Source: Planctomycetota bacterium
GTDB lineage: Bacteria; Planctomycetota; UBA8108; UBA1146
Assembly: GCA_036125855.1 (NCBI GenBank)
Contig: JAYZTT010000001.1
Location: forward strand, 7,917 to 71,916
Direction: 5' to 3'
DNA: 64,000 bases
Position 1 is the stretch's first letter. Every line of letters starts with the position of its first letter. The translations under genes and the position numbers were made by a program. The notes beneath the pieces were generated by a model. The model was given only the letters and a program-made list of their open reading frames with translations. It searched no databases and was not told the DNA's origin. Shown in pieces: positions 39,612 through 49,358 of the stretch.

Positions 39612-40595
39612 TTAACTAGAACTTCCTTCATGACGTTCATAAGCATTCACAATACCGGTCACCAGGCGGTTTCTGACAATATCGGAAGTTCCGAGCTCGA
39701 CCCAGGCCAGCCCCTCCACCGAACCGAGCACCCGGCGGGCGTGAAGCAAACCAGACGGCTGCCCCTTGGGAAGGTCGAGCTGGGTCGGATCGCCGGTCAC
39801 CACAATCTTCGATCGAGCGCCCATCCGCGTCAGAAACATCTTCATCTGCGCTGGCGTGGTGTTCTGGGCTTCATCGAGGATGATGAATGCCTGATTGAGA
39901 GTTCGGCCCCTCATGTAGGCCAGCGGCACAATCTCGATGATCTCTCGATCGCTGTATCGACGAACCTGATCGTAATCCAGCATCTCATGAAGAGCGTCAT
40001 ACAGCGGTCGCAGATAGGGATTCACCTTCTGCTGAAAATCTCCCGGTAGAAATCCCAGTTTCTCACCCGCCTCGACTGCCGGTCGGCTCAGGATGAGCTT
40101 ACGGACGAGGCCCGCCTTGAGAGCTTGCACCGCGGTCCTCACCGCCAGGTAAGTCTTACCCGTACCTGCCGGTCCCAGTGCCATCACGATGTCATTTTCC
40201 GCCATCGCCTTGAGGTATTGTGCTTGCCCCTCCGATTTGGCGATTTTTCTGAGATCGACGGGATCACTCCCCTGATCGCTCGTCGAGGAATCGCGTCTCG
40301 ATCCCTTTTCGGAAACCACCGTTGCGCTCTCCGCAACGTCCTGGTAATGGACCAGAGCATCATCGAGTTCTTCCTCAGGTGATGAGGAACCGTTCATTCG
40401 ATGAGCCGTCAGCATCCGCTCTACTGCTTTCTGGGCGGCACTTACTCCTTGTTCAGAACCATTCAGATGGAGGATTCGACCCCTCGCCGAAGCATCGATG
40501 GTAAATCCATCTCGGATCTTCCGTAGATGAATGTCACGAACTCCGAGAATCTCCTGAGCTTCTTCGTCGTCATGAAATTGAATCGAAATTTGCAA
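39612..40595 (-). CDS. phoH: PhoH-family ATPase (YbeZ-like)
   Basis: Walker A GPAGTGKTYLAV, FIILDEAQN, and VVTGDPTQLDLP. TTG start. Confidence 0.9.
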   Translation of the reverse strand: MQISIQFHDDEEAQEILGVRDIHLRKIRDGFTIDASARGRILHLNGSEQGVSAAQKAVERMLTAHRMNGSSSPEEELDDALVHYQDVAESATVVSEKGSRRDSSTSDQGSDPVDLRKIAKSEGQAQYLKAMAENDIVMALGPAGTGKTYLAVRTAVQALKAGLVRKLILSRPAVEAGEKLGFLPGDFQQKVNPYLRPLYDALHEMLDYDQVRRYSDREIIEIVPLAYMRGRTLNQAFIILDEAQNTTPAQMKMFLTRMGARSKIVVTGDPTQLDLPKGQPSGLLHARRVLGSVEGLAWVELGTSDIVRNRLVTGIVNAYERHEGSSS

Positions 40596-40609
40596 CTATT
40601 TTGCTCCGC

Positions 40610-41446
40610 TCATCCGTTCAAGACGGTTCGAACCAGTAACAAGGTAGGCACTGCCAGTAGCATGCTATCGACCATGTCCAGCGCACCTCCAAGACCAGGG
40701 ATGAGATTCCCCGAATCCTTGCGACCGGCAGCTCGTTTCATCGCCGATTCCTGAAGATCAGCAAACTGACCGACCAGCGCCATCAGGACGCCCAGGAAAA
40801 TCCCCTGGCCACCTGACAGTGTCTCACTACCCAGCCAAAGCGCATAAACGAATCCAATCGCTGCAGCAGACAGGGCTCCACCGATCAGACCCTCCCAGGT
40901 TTTCTTGGGGCTCACTGGATGCAGCGGTGTTCGCCCCAGCGCCCTCCCCGTGAAATAGGCTCCCGTATCGGAACCCTTGACCATCAGAAGCCCAAGGAGG
41001 ACCGCATGGATCCCCAGAGGATCGGTCTCGGCCAGAATCAATACCGTCATGGTGGGGATCGCCAACCAGATCGCCGTCAGGATGGCGGTGATCGATCCCA
41101 GCCAGGGAGATCGATGCTCCACTTTCATGCCGGTGATCAGCATCGATCCGAGAAACAGCGGGATTCCCAGCAAGATCACAGCCCGTAGAAGCGGATCATC
41201 GCATTTCGACAGGTACGACCAGCCCCCCAGGTAAACTAGCAGATAGACACTGACACCGACCCACTTGCGCCAGGCCCCACCCTCACGAAACGAAAGCGCC
41301 TCGATGCATGCCGCCAGACCAAACAGTAAAGAAAGTGCCACGAGACCGTAGCCACCGGTCCAGTTCTGCTGGTCAGACACCAGTAACGCGATGGAAACCA
41401 GGAAGATCGGTCCACCCCACCGGATTCGATCTCCAAGACCCTTCAT
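40610..41446 (-). CDS. cdsA: Phosphatidate cytidylyltransferase
   Basis: A polytopic membrane protein carrying the CDS signature SAMKRAAGRKDSGNLIPGLGGALDMVDS. Confidence 0.88.
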   Translation of the reverse strand: MKGLGDRIRWGGPIFLVSIALLVSDQQNWTGGYGLVALSLLFGLAACIEALSFREGGAWRKWVGVSVYLLVYLGGWSYLSKCDDPLLRAVILLGIPLFLGSMLITGMKVEHRSPWLGSITAILTAIWLAIPTMTVLILAETDPLGIHAVLLGLLMVKGSDTGAYFTGRALGRTPLHPVSPKKTWEGLIGGALSAAAIGFVYALWLGSETLSGGQGIFLGVLMALVGQFADLQESAMKRAAGRKDSGNLIPGLGGALDMVDSMLLAVPTLLLVRTVLNG

Positions 41447-42249
41447 GCATCACCTTTCGGAGAACCAGATGGTATCGAACCGAAGCGGCGAATCCGGCGA
41501 GCATACTCGGCAAGAGCAGAATCCAGTTGTTCCTCTGAAAAGTCTGGCCAGAGCACCGGTGTGAAATAGAGCTCAGCGTATGAACTTTGCCACAGCAGGA
41601 AGTTAGAAATTCGAATCTCCCCACCAGTCCGGATGAGCAAATCCAGATCAGACATCTCGGACTCGTAAAGATGCTGGCTCACCAAACTCTCTCGATCTGT
41701 TCCGGTTTGCTCGCGCACATCTACTTCTGCATGACAAATCGAATCAAGTGCATCGGCGATCTCTGCTCGTCCACCATAATTGATGGCCAAACGTAACACC
41801 ATTCCCCGATTGCCAGCGGTCTCTGTGACCACCTGAGATATCGTGTCCTGTGTCTCTTGAGGTAAAGAGTGGAGCCTGCCAATCGCCCTGAACTGCACTT
41901 GCATCCGTTGCAGTTCTTCGCGCTCTTGACGTAGATGCTGGACCAGAAGTTCCATCAAGAAGGCGATTTCTTCGCTCGAACGGTGAATATAATTCTCTGT
42001 CGAAAGTGCGTAACAGGTTAACTCCGAAATCCCTCGTTCATCGGCAGTACGGATGATCTGACGGAGGGCATTGGCTCCCTGGGAGTGACCTTCGGTTCGA
42101 GGTAGATTGCGGTCCTCGGCCCACCGCCCATTGCCGTCCATGATGAATCCGACGTGATGCGGGACGAGATCGCGGTGTTGAGCCGACCGAACTTCCGATT
42201 CATCGCCCACCGAGGAATTCCTGGAGCGGGAATCCTCGATCGAACTCAC
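41443..42249 (-). CDS. uppS: Isoprenyl transferase / undecaprenyl-diphosphate synthase
   Basis: HVGFIMDGNGRWA, YALSTENY, and RTGGEIRISNFLLWQSSYAELYF. GTGA overlap with purA. Confidence 0.9.
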   Translation of the reverse strand: MSSIEDSRSRNSSVGDESEVRSAQHRDLVPHHVGFIMDGNGRWAEDRNLPRTEGHSQGANALRQIIRTADERGISELTCYALSTENYIHRSSEEIAFLMELLVQHLRQEREELQRMQVQFRAIGRLHSLPQETQDTISQVVTETAGNRGMVLRLAINYGGRAEIADALDSICHAEVDVREQTGTDRESLVSQHLYESEMSDLDLLIRTGGEIRISNFLLWQSSYAELYFTPVLWPDFSEEQLDSALAEYARRIRRFGSIPSGSPKGDA

Positions 42250-43499
42250 GCGAGCTCCCCCTCCATCTGGAAAGGCGAAAAGAGGCAGACCTCGTCGCGG
42301 CGCTTGCCGGTCGACAGGATCGATACGGGAATTCCAGTCGCCGACTCCAGACGCTCCATGAAGGGACGCATCGACTGTTCATCGCAGACCTGCCAGCCAG
42401 GCCACTGCTCGATCACTGGCTCGAGAGCCTCCAGCTCGGCGATGCTGAAGGGAAGCGACTCCAGCAACTCGCCGTTCAGACGGTAGCCGGTAACCACTGG
42501 AATCGTATCCCTGCCACTGAGGACATCGGCTTTGGTCAGGGCATAGGAATCGAGATCGTTCACATCGACTGCAAAACGCAACGCCGGAATGTCGAGCCAG
42601 CCCACTCGACGGGGACGACCTGTTGTGGTTCCAAACTCACCGCCGGCCTCCCGTAGCCAATCGGCATCCTCTCCCTCGATTTCGGAAGGGAATGGTCCTT
42701 CACCGACCCGTGTGCAATACGCCTTGGTCACTCCGATCACATGATCGATCTTGCGCGGTGAGAAACCACTGCCAGGACCAACGCCAAGGAAGGAAGGACT
42801 GGAGGATGTGACGAATGGGTAGGTACCAAAATCGATATCGAGCAGACACCCCTGGGCACCTTCAAAAAGCAACTTTTGACCAGCGGCATGCATCTCGAGC
42901 AACAATCGTCCAGTATCGGTAACCTGACTGCCGAGGCGGTCGCGCAAGACACGGCAGATTTCCACACCCTCGGCAGCTACCTGCTCGGGTACCCCCAGTG
43001 CAACGGCGCGTTCGGTGAGACGCTCTACCAGTTCACCCTCGACAAAACCGGGTTGAACGATATCGCCCATCCGAATCCCGTGACGACCGAACTTGTCCTG
43101 GTAGGTAGGACCGATGCCACGCAGGGTCGTCCCAATCGGGTTGCTCGCCTGCTGCTCGTTGATCCGCTCCACCGCACCATGGTGAGGCAAGACGATGTGT
43201 GCGCGATCAGAGATCCAGATGCGTGAAATCGCGTCTGCTGGCAGTTCTTCCACTTCATCGAGCAGCTTGATCGGCTCGATCACCATGCCATTTCCGAGTA
43301 TCGCCTGGATACCACCATGCAAGATGCCGGTAGGGATGTGGTGCAGCACGTGACGAACATCTTCGATATAGACCGTGTGTCCCGCGTTGGCGCCGCCCTG
43401 GTAACGGACCACGGCATCGGCATCCCGCGCCAGTACGTCAACGATCTTGCCTTTGCCTTCATCGCCCCAGTTCAGGCCGACAACACAGAGGTGCTGCAT
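42246..43499 (-). CDS. purA: Adenylosuccinate synthase
   Basis: GLNWGDEGKGKIVD, GIGPTYQDK, and TTGRPRRVGWLD. Confidence 0.95.
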   Translation of the reverse strand: MQHLCVVGLNWGDEGKGKIVDVLARDADAVVRYQGGANAGHTVYIEDVRHVLHHIPTGILHGGIQAILGNGMVIEPIKLLDEVEELPADAISRIWISDRAHIVLPHHGAVERINEQQASNPIGTTLRGIGPTYQDKFGRHGIRMGDIVQPGFVEGELVERLTERAVALGVPEQVAAEGVEICRVLRDRLGSQVTDTGRLLLEMHAAGQKLLFEGAQGCLLDIDFGTYPFVTSSSPSFLGVGPGSGFSPRKIDHVIGVTKAYCTRVGEGPFPSEIEGEDADWLREAGGEFGTTTGRPRRVGWLDIPALRFAVDVNDLDSYALTKADVLSGRDTIPVVTGYRLNGELLESLPFSIAELEALEPVIEQWPGWQVCDEQSMRPFMERLESATGIPVSILSTGKRRDEVCLFSPFQMEGELA

Positions 43500-43514
43500 C
43501 CAGACTCTCCCGTC

Positions 43515-44801
43515 TTAACGAGCACCAGCCACATCGGCCGGTGTGATTTCAGTTAATCCACCCATGTACGGCACTAACACCTCGGGAATTCGAATCGTAC
43601 CATCCGCTCTCTGGTTATTCTCAAGTATCGCAATCAGCACCCTGGGAGTCGCAATCGCCGTATTGTTGAGCGTATGACAGAAATACACCTTACCATCGTT
43701 TCCGCGATATCTCAGGTCCATCCGACGAGACTGGTAATCATAAAATCTCGAAGCGCTGTGGGTCTCTCCCCAGCCTCGCGAAGGCATCCACGCTTCAATA
43801 TCGAACTTACGGACCTGCCCCATTCCCAGGTCGCCGGTACAGACGTCAACCACCCGGTACGGGATCTCCATCGCCTGCAAGATCTCCTCGGCATTATCCC
43901 GAATGAACTCGTGATGCTGGATCGATTCTTCCTCGTCAGATTTGCCGATGATGACCTGCTCTACCTTGTTGAACTGATGGATTCTGTAGAGCCCACGGGT
44001 ATCTCTACCGGCAGCACCTGCTTCTCGTCTGTAACATGTGGACCAGCCACAGTAGCGTAACGGCAACTGATCTTCCTCGAGGATCTCTCCCGAGTGAAAG
44101 GCTGTAACCGGCACCTCGCTGGTTCCTGTCAGGTACAGATCATCGCGCGGAATTTCATAGGTTTGCTCTTCACCGCCAGGGAAGTATGCCGTTCCGAACA
44201 GAGGTTCGTACTTCACCATCGTCGGGACGATCATCGGGGTGAACCCGCGCTGGATGACATGATCCAGTGCGAATCGTAACACCGCCAGCTCAAGTACCGC
44301 TCCAGCGCCCTTCAAGATGTAGGTCTGGGAGCCGGCAAGTTTTGAAGCGCGCGGGAAATCAACGATGTCGAGATCTTGTCCCAGCTCGACATGGTCCTTC
44401 GGCTCAAAATCAAACTCGGGGATCGTTCCCACCACTCTCAACTCGACATTGTCACTGTCATCGGTTCCGACCGGGACATCGGCTGCCGCCGGCATCGGAA
44501 CGCAGGCGTGGATGGCATCCAGCTCTTTCACGACAGTCTTCAACTCGTCTCCGAGTGATTTGATTCGTTCTGCTACCTCTCCCATCCGGGCGATCGCCTG
44601 TTGCTTGGCATCCCCTTCGAGAGTTGCGATCTCTTTTCCGGCATTCTTCTGTTCATGCCTCAGTTGTTCCTGCTCGGTCAGCAGACCCTTGCGTTGGTCA
44701 TCGAGCTCGATCAAGCGATCAAGATCTACCTCCACTCTCTTGTCGGAGGCACCTTGGCGAACTCGATCCAGTTCAGCCCGGATAAACTTGAAGTCGAGCA
44801 T
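43515..44801 (-). CDS. serS: Seryl-tRNA synthetase
   Basis: Start at the ATG 44801 (MLDFKFIRAELDRV...) after AGGAG. Class II motifs YLTGTSEVP, CYRREAGAAGRDTRGLYRIHQFNKVE, and GETHSASRF. Confidence 0.93.
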   Translation of the reverse strand: MLDFKFIRAELDRVRQGASDKRVEVDLDRLIELDDQRKGLLTEQEQLRHEQKNAGKEIATLEGDAKQQAIARMGEVAERIKSLGDELKTVVKELDAIHACVPMPAAADVPVGTDDSDNVELRVVGTIPEFDFEPKDHVELGQDLDIVDFPRASKLAGSQTYILKGAGAVLELAVLRFALDHVIQRGFTPMIVPTMVKYEPLFGTAYFPGGEEQTYEIPRDDLYLTGTSEVPVTAFHSGEILEEDQLPLRYCGWSTCYRREAGAAGRDTRGLYRIHQFNKVEQVIIGKSDEEESIQHHEFIRDNAEEILQAMEIPYRVVDVCTGDLGMGQVRKFDIEAWMPSRGWGETHSASRFYDYQSRRMDLRYRGNDGKVYFCHTLNNTAIATPRVLIAILENNQRADGTIRIPEVLVPYMGGLTEITPADVAGAR

Positions 44802-44901
44802 TGGAACTCCTAGGGGAAGCATCCTTGCACCCTGACCTCTGGAGCAAGGTTCCCGCCGAGCGAGGATAGACCCCCGACCGCATCTCTTCAATCGAGCCAG
44901 C

Positions 44902-46701
44902 TCAGGGAGATCGAGAAGTTCCGATGGCGACCTTGACCGCCTCGACTCCCAGTTGACTCCATCGAGCCAGTTCAACGGTAGCCTGCCGCTGAAGATCCTG
45001 GTCGTGCTCCAGGGATCCGAGCAGGGCCGGCACCAGCACTTCCTGGGCTGCGATCAGATCGCCGCTGTGGGCCAGCTCACGGGCTTCCTGCAGGGTGGCA
45101 TCGAATCTTGCGCGGGCGATGTGGCTCGCCAGTTGTTCCAGTTCACGGTCGAAGGAACCGAGAATTCGATGCCGGGCCTGGTCGATCTCGGCCTGGGTGA
45201 TGGGGAGACCACCGCGTCCAGGATCGGACGGGCTGAGCTCGAGGGAGAGCTCGATCGACTGGCCGATCTCACGGCCTCTGTCGTCGATCAGCCATACCGG
45301 AAGGGTGCCACTGACGCGACAGCGCTCACCGGAATAGCCCGGTACCCACTCTTGCCAGACTCCCCGTGAGCGTTGGCCGGCACTCTCGGAGAGACGTCGA
45401 GAGATCCGCCACGCTTCCGAGCCGTGGAACGAAAGTCGCGCAGATATCAATATCGCTTTCTGAGGCGGTGCTTGAAGCCACAGGGCAGCCAGTCGCTGGA
45501 TGTCATCGATCAGCAACTCCCAGCGCTTCACATCCGCGATATGCGCGGGTGATCGGGTCCAGCGTCTCCCGACCTCACCGAAGTGGACGGAAGGAAACCG
45601 GAACTCCTCTTCCCTCGAGATCGACAGGGTCGGATTCCCTGCGATCAACAGGGTGACATCGTTGCCTGGAGATGGAATCGGTAGATTCCCTCGAATGATC
45701 AGCGGGCGAAGGGGTCGAGTGATTTGTTCGCGCAGTTTCCCCAGCTTCTCTGCCACCGGCTCCCCTTCCTCGAGGAGTCGAGCCAGCTGTAACAAGGCGG
45801 TACTGGATTGCCGTGCATCGAGTAACTCGGCAGCGTTGTGCGCGAGACAATCTCGAGCCCACTGGCCCATTTCCATCGCCAGCAAATCATCGGGACAGAT
45901 CTCTCTCAGCTGTTGCAACAGTTGCAGGACTGACGAGGGCTCGTCGCGATCTCGGGCTCCTCTCAGTTCAGAACGGATCCTCGCAACAATTCGTTTCTTG
46001 AGGGAAGACACGTCCTGAGCCAGGACACGATCACCAGGGTATCGCCTAGTCAATGGCTCCAGCATGCTCAGGGCGGCCACTTCATCGCCAGCCATCAACA
46101 GCTGTTCTGCTTCCTGAAAAACCGCGTCGCAATCGGTCCGGCGATCGATCTTTCGGCGCCAGCGATCAAGAACCTGCCTGACCTTTCCAGGAGGCTCGAT
46201 TCCTGCAGCGATACATACGACCGGAATCCGCTGCAAACGAGAATAGATTACTTCCATCGCAACGGAGCCGCCGTAACGGTCAAGGACTGCCAATCGATCT
46301 CGTAAATGGCGCCAGCATCGATCACGAAGATGGTGACTGAATGACTGGGAAGAATCGAGCAGTTGCTCGGGCCTGGCAAGCTCACGTTGTGGACCGGTCA
46401 ACAGCAGTAGTTCAAGAAACGCATCTTCCCAGCGAGACTGGAGGTAGGCACGATGAATAATCGAGATCCGCTGGCGATCATCCTGGTCGACGATGGGGAG
46501 GTCGCTGGCGGCTAGCTGCTGGGCATACACCGGTGTCATCCGGGACGGAGAGATTCCGCTTCCCAGAAGTAAGACGAAAATGAAGAATACACACATCCAG
46601 TTGCGCACTGATTGACCCCATCGGCAGACTCCCCGGATCGCGCGAGGAGCAAGGACTGGCAAACTGGAATCCGGACGAACCGGACCCCAGAAGCCTATCA
46701 T
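44902..46701 (-). CDS. Hypothetical protein with an N-terminal signal/anchor; no recognisable family
   Basis: A long uninterrupted ORF in the operon frame. Hydrophobic N-terminus MCVFFIFVLLLGSG. An Arg/Leu-rich helical sequence. The start is either 46701 or 46596. Confidence 0.6.
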   Translation of the reverse strand: MIGFWGPVRPDSSLPVLAPRAIRGVCRWGQSVRNWMCVFFIFVLLLGSGISPSRMTPVYAQQLAASDLPIVDQDDRQRISIIHRAYLQSRWEDAFLELLLLTGPQRELARPEQLLDSSQSFSHHLRDRCWRHLRDRLAVLDRYGGSVAMEVIYSRLQRIPVVCIAAGIEPPGKVRQVLDRWRRKIDRRTDCDAVFQEAEQLLMAGDEVAALSMLEPLTRRYPGDRVLAQDVSSLKKRIVARIRSELRGARDRDEPSSVLQLLQQLREICPDDLLAMEMGQWARDCLAHNAAELLDARQSSTALLQLARLLEEGEPVAEKLGKLREQITRPLRPLIIRGNLPIPSPGNDVTLLIAGNPTLSISREEEFRFPSVHFGEVGRRWTRSPAHIADVKRWELLIDDIQRLAALWLQAPPQKAILISARLSFHGSEAWRISRRLSESAGQRSRGVWQEWVPGYSGERCRVSGTLPVWLIDDRGREIGQSIELSLELSPSDPGRGGLPITQAEIDQARHRILGSFDRELEQLASHIARARFDATLQEARELAHSGDLIAAQEVLVPALLGSLEHDQDLQRQATVELARWSQLGVEAVKVAIGTSRSP

Positions 46702-46719
46702 CCCGCCCCAGATGGTGTC

Positions 46720-47862
46720 CTACGCAGGAGCCTCGTCACCGACCCCTGCTGCCGAGATGGCCCCCTCCAGAACCGTGTCAGGGCCCATTTCTCGCCGATG
46801 GAAGCAGCGGATCTCCTGTGCCAGTTCCATCCGAGAAATCCCTTCTCCGCCGACCGGGCCCGGGGCTGACCGGCCTCCCACCAGCTTCGGTGCAATCAGG
46901 ATCTGAACCCGATCCACCAGAGCCGCATCGAGGAACCGCCCATGAGTCTCTGATCCGCCCTCAACCAGCAAATTCTGAATCCCTCTGCGACCCAGATCCT
47001 GCAGGATCTCGGTGATCCACATCACACCTTCCGATGCGGCAACAGACACCACTTCCGCACCGCACCGCCGCAACTCCTGAGCCGGGTCGGTGTCCGCCGA
47101 TTCGCTGGCGCAATAGATCAATACGGTTCCCTGCTCACTGAATAGCCGGGACTCCACGGGAGTCCTGCAACGAGGATCGATGACGACACGTACCGGTTCC
47201 GGTTCTTGTTCGGTACCGGTCGTCAGGCGCGGATCGTCTGCCAGAACCGTTCCGATTCCAACCAGGATCGCATCCACTTCACTTCGCGCGGCCCGGGTGG
47301 CTACTCGCGTCGATTCTGAAGTGATCCATTTCGAATCGCCACCGGCGCAGGCGATCCTGCCATCCGCAGTCATCGCCCACTTTGCCGTTACCAGGGGACG
47401 ACCGTGCCGGAGGTGACAGAGATACGGGGCAATCAACCACTTGCCCTGTTGTGCAAGAACACCTCTCACCACCTCGATCCCGGCGCTCTCCAGTCGCTGG
47501 TAACCCTGTCCCGATGTCACCGGATTGGGATCGTCAGCAGAAACGATGACGCGGGCGATTTCAGCCTCGATGATCGAATCAGCACAGGGAGGAGTTTTGC
47601 CATGATGGCCACACGGTTCGAGGGTGACGTATAGATCAGCACCCTTGCACTCGACTCCTGCTTCCTCGGCAGCAGCAAGGCAGTTCACCTCGGCATGTGG
47701 TCCGCCATGTTTCTGATGCCATCCTTCGATCCAGTGCTGATCTCCTTGCTTTGGCACCAGCACCGCGCCGACCGGTGGATTCGGAGCTACCATCCCCAGA
47801 CCCTTGCGAGCGATCTCGAGAGCCCGAGCCATTGCCAGGGGATCAGGGAAGCTGGAATTCAT
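46720..47862 (-). CDS. ribD: Bifunctional riboflavin biosynthesis protein RibD (deaminase/reductase)
   Basis: The deaminase zinc motifs HAEVNCL and TLEPCGHHGKTPPC, plus the reductase half. The ATG at 47862 overlaps the miaB stop (TGATG). Confidence 0.9.
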   Translation of the reverse strand: MNSSFPDPLAMARALEIARKGLGMVAPNPPVGAVLVPKQGDQHWIEGWHQKHGGPHAEVNCLAAAEEAGVECKGADLYVTLEPCGHHGKTPPCADSIIEAEIARVIVSADDPNPVTSGQGYQRLESAGIEVVRGVLAQQGKWLIAPYLCHLRHGRPLVTAKWAMTADGRIACAGGDSKWITSESTRVATRAARSEVDAILVGIGTVLADDPRLTTGTEQEPEPVRVVIDPRCRTPVESRLFSEQGTVLIYCASESADTDPAQELRRCGAEVVSVAASEGVMWITEILQDLGRRGIQNLLVEGGSETHGRFLDAALVDRVQILIAPKLVGGRSAPGPVGGEGISRMELAQEIRCFHRREMGPDTVLEGAISAAGVGDEAPA

Positions 47863-49271
47863 CAGGGACTGCAAGGCAGGATCGGACTGGATTGTGGTCC
47901 TGCGACCCTGGCTCCATAGAGTGTTGCCGAAGAAGCTCGATCCACTTCCACCACCACAAAAGAGCCGGCGGATTCATCACTCTGGGCATCCCAGATGACG
48001 GTTCGATGATCGCGAGCTCGTCCCGCCCAGCGCGTGGAATCAGACTTCGAGGGTCCCTCCGCCAGCACTTCCACCTGCCGACCCACGAATCGCAGATTGC
48101 GAGCTTCGCCCTGCTTAGACAACGCCTCGAGCAACTGATGATTGCGCTCCTTCTTCACCTCGAGAGGGATGTCATCGATCATCTGGCCGGCACTGGCAGT
48201 CCCCGGACGAGGCGAATACTGGAAAACATATCCATGATCGAAGCCAACCTCATCGACCAGAGACAGACTCTCCTCGAACTGAGCATCGGTTTCCCCTGGA
48301 AACCCGACGATGAAATCTGTCGCCAGGGTGATATCGGGGATTTGCTGCCGCAGTCTATCGATGACCTGCAGGTAAAATGAACGGTCATAGGTCCGTTTCA
48401 TCCGAGCGAGAACTTCATCGCAGCCGGACTGAACAGGAAGATGCAGGTAGTCCATGACCTTTGAACACTCTGCCATCGCCTGGATCAACTTGGGTCGAAG
48501 GAATCTCGGGTGAGAAGTGATGAAGTGGCAGCGTTCGATTCCATCGATCTCCTCGACACCGCGTAGAAGTGTGTCGAGACCGACTCCTGCTCCAAGCCGT
48601 TTGCCGTACGAGTTGACCGTCTGCCCCAGAAACGTGATCTCGCGAACCCCGGTATCTGCGAGACGACGAACTTCATCGAGGATCTCTTCTGGAGCTCTCG
48701 AAACTTCTTTTCCCCGAGTGGTAGGAACGATGCAGTAGGTACAAACCATGTCACACCCACGCATGACTGACACATAAGCATGCCACGGATTGGGTCCGAG
48801 ATTACGTTGACGAACAAACTCAAGGGGCGAGTCCATCTCGGTTGCCAGCAAGACTTCTTTCGACCCCCTGGCCTCATCGATCAGCTCAGGTAACCGATCA
48901 AAATCTCGAGTTCCGATGATGAGATCGATCCATGGCGCACGCTCGGTCAGCGCGTCTTGCTTGTGCTGAGCAACACAGCCGGTCAAACCGAGAATCAGAT
49001 CCGGCTCCTCTTTTTTCCTTCTCTTGAAACCTGTCATCCTCATGACAGCACGCTCTTCTGCTCGCTCACGAACGGAGCAAGTGTTGTAGAGAATCACTCC
49101 CGCCTCGTCAGGGTCGTGGACCAGGTGGTAACCCTTATGCAACAAGCCTTCGAGCATCAGCTCGGCATCTAACTTGTTCATCTGGCAACCAAACACCTCG
49201 AAGTAAACCTTTCGATCCTTGGGAACCCCGGGAGCGATCGGTTCTATCTTCATCGGATATGTCGGTTTCAA
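47862..49271 (-). CDS. miaB: tRNA-2-methylthio-N6-dimethylallyladenosine synthase MiaB (radical SAM)
   Basis: FEVFGCQMN, the radical-SAM cluster MRGCDMVCTYCIVP, and a TRAM-like C-terminus. TTG start after AGGAGGAAA. Confidence 0.92.
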   Translation of the reverse strand: MKPTYPMKIEPIAPGVPKDRKVYFEVFGCQMNKLDAELMLEGLLHKGYHLVHDPDEAGVILYNTCSVRERAEERAVMRMTGFKRRKKEEPDLILGLTGCVAQHKQDALTERAPWIDLIIGTRDFDRLPELIDEARGSKEVLLATEMDSPLEFVRQRNLGPNPWHAYVSVMRGCDMVCTYCIVPTTRGKEVSRAPEEILDEVRRLADTGVREITFLGQTVNSYGKRLGAGVGLDTLLRGVEEIDGIERCHFITSHPRFLRPKLIQAMAECSKVMDYLHLPVQSGCDEVLARMKRTYDRSFYLQVIDRLRQQIPDITLATDFIVGFPGETDAQFEESLSLVDEVGFDHGYVFQYSPRPGTASAGQMIDDIPLEVKKERNHQLLEALSKQGEARNLRFVGRQVEVLAEGPSKSDSTRWAGRARDHRTVIWDAQSDESAGSFVVVEVDRASSATLYGARVAGPQSSPILPCSP

Positions 49272-49358
49272 GGTTTCCTCCTGACCGGATCGCTCCGGAG
49301 ATGTCCGATCTGGATGGTAGGAACCGCTGACTTGCGGGTCAACACGACCCGTGAGGAT

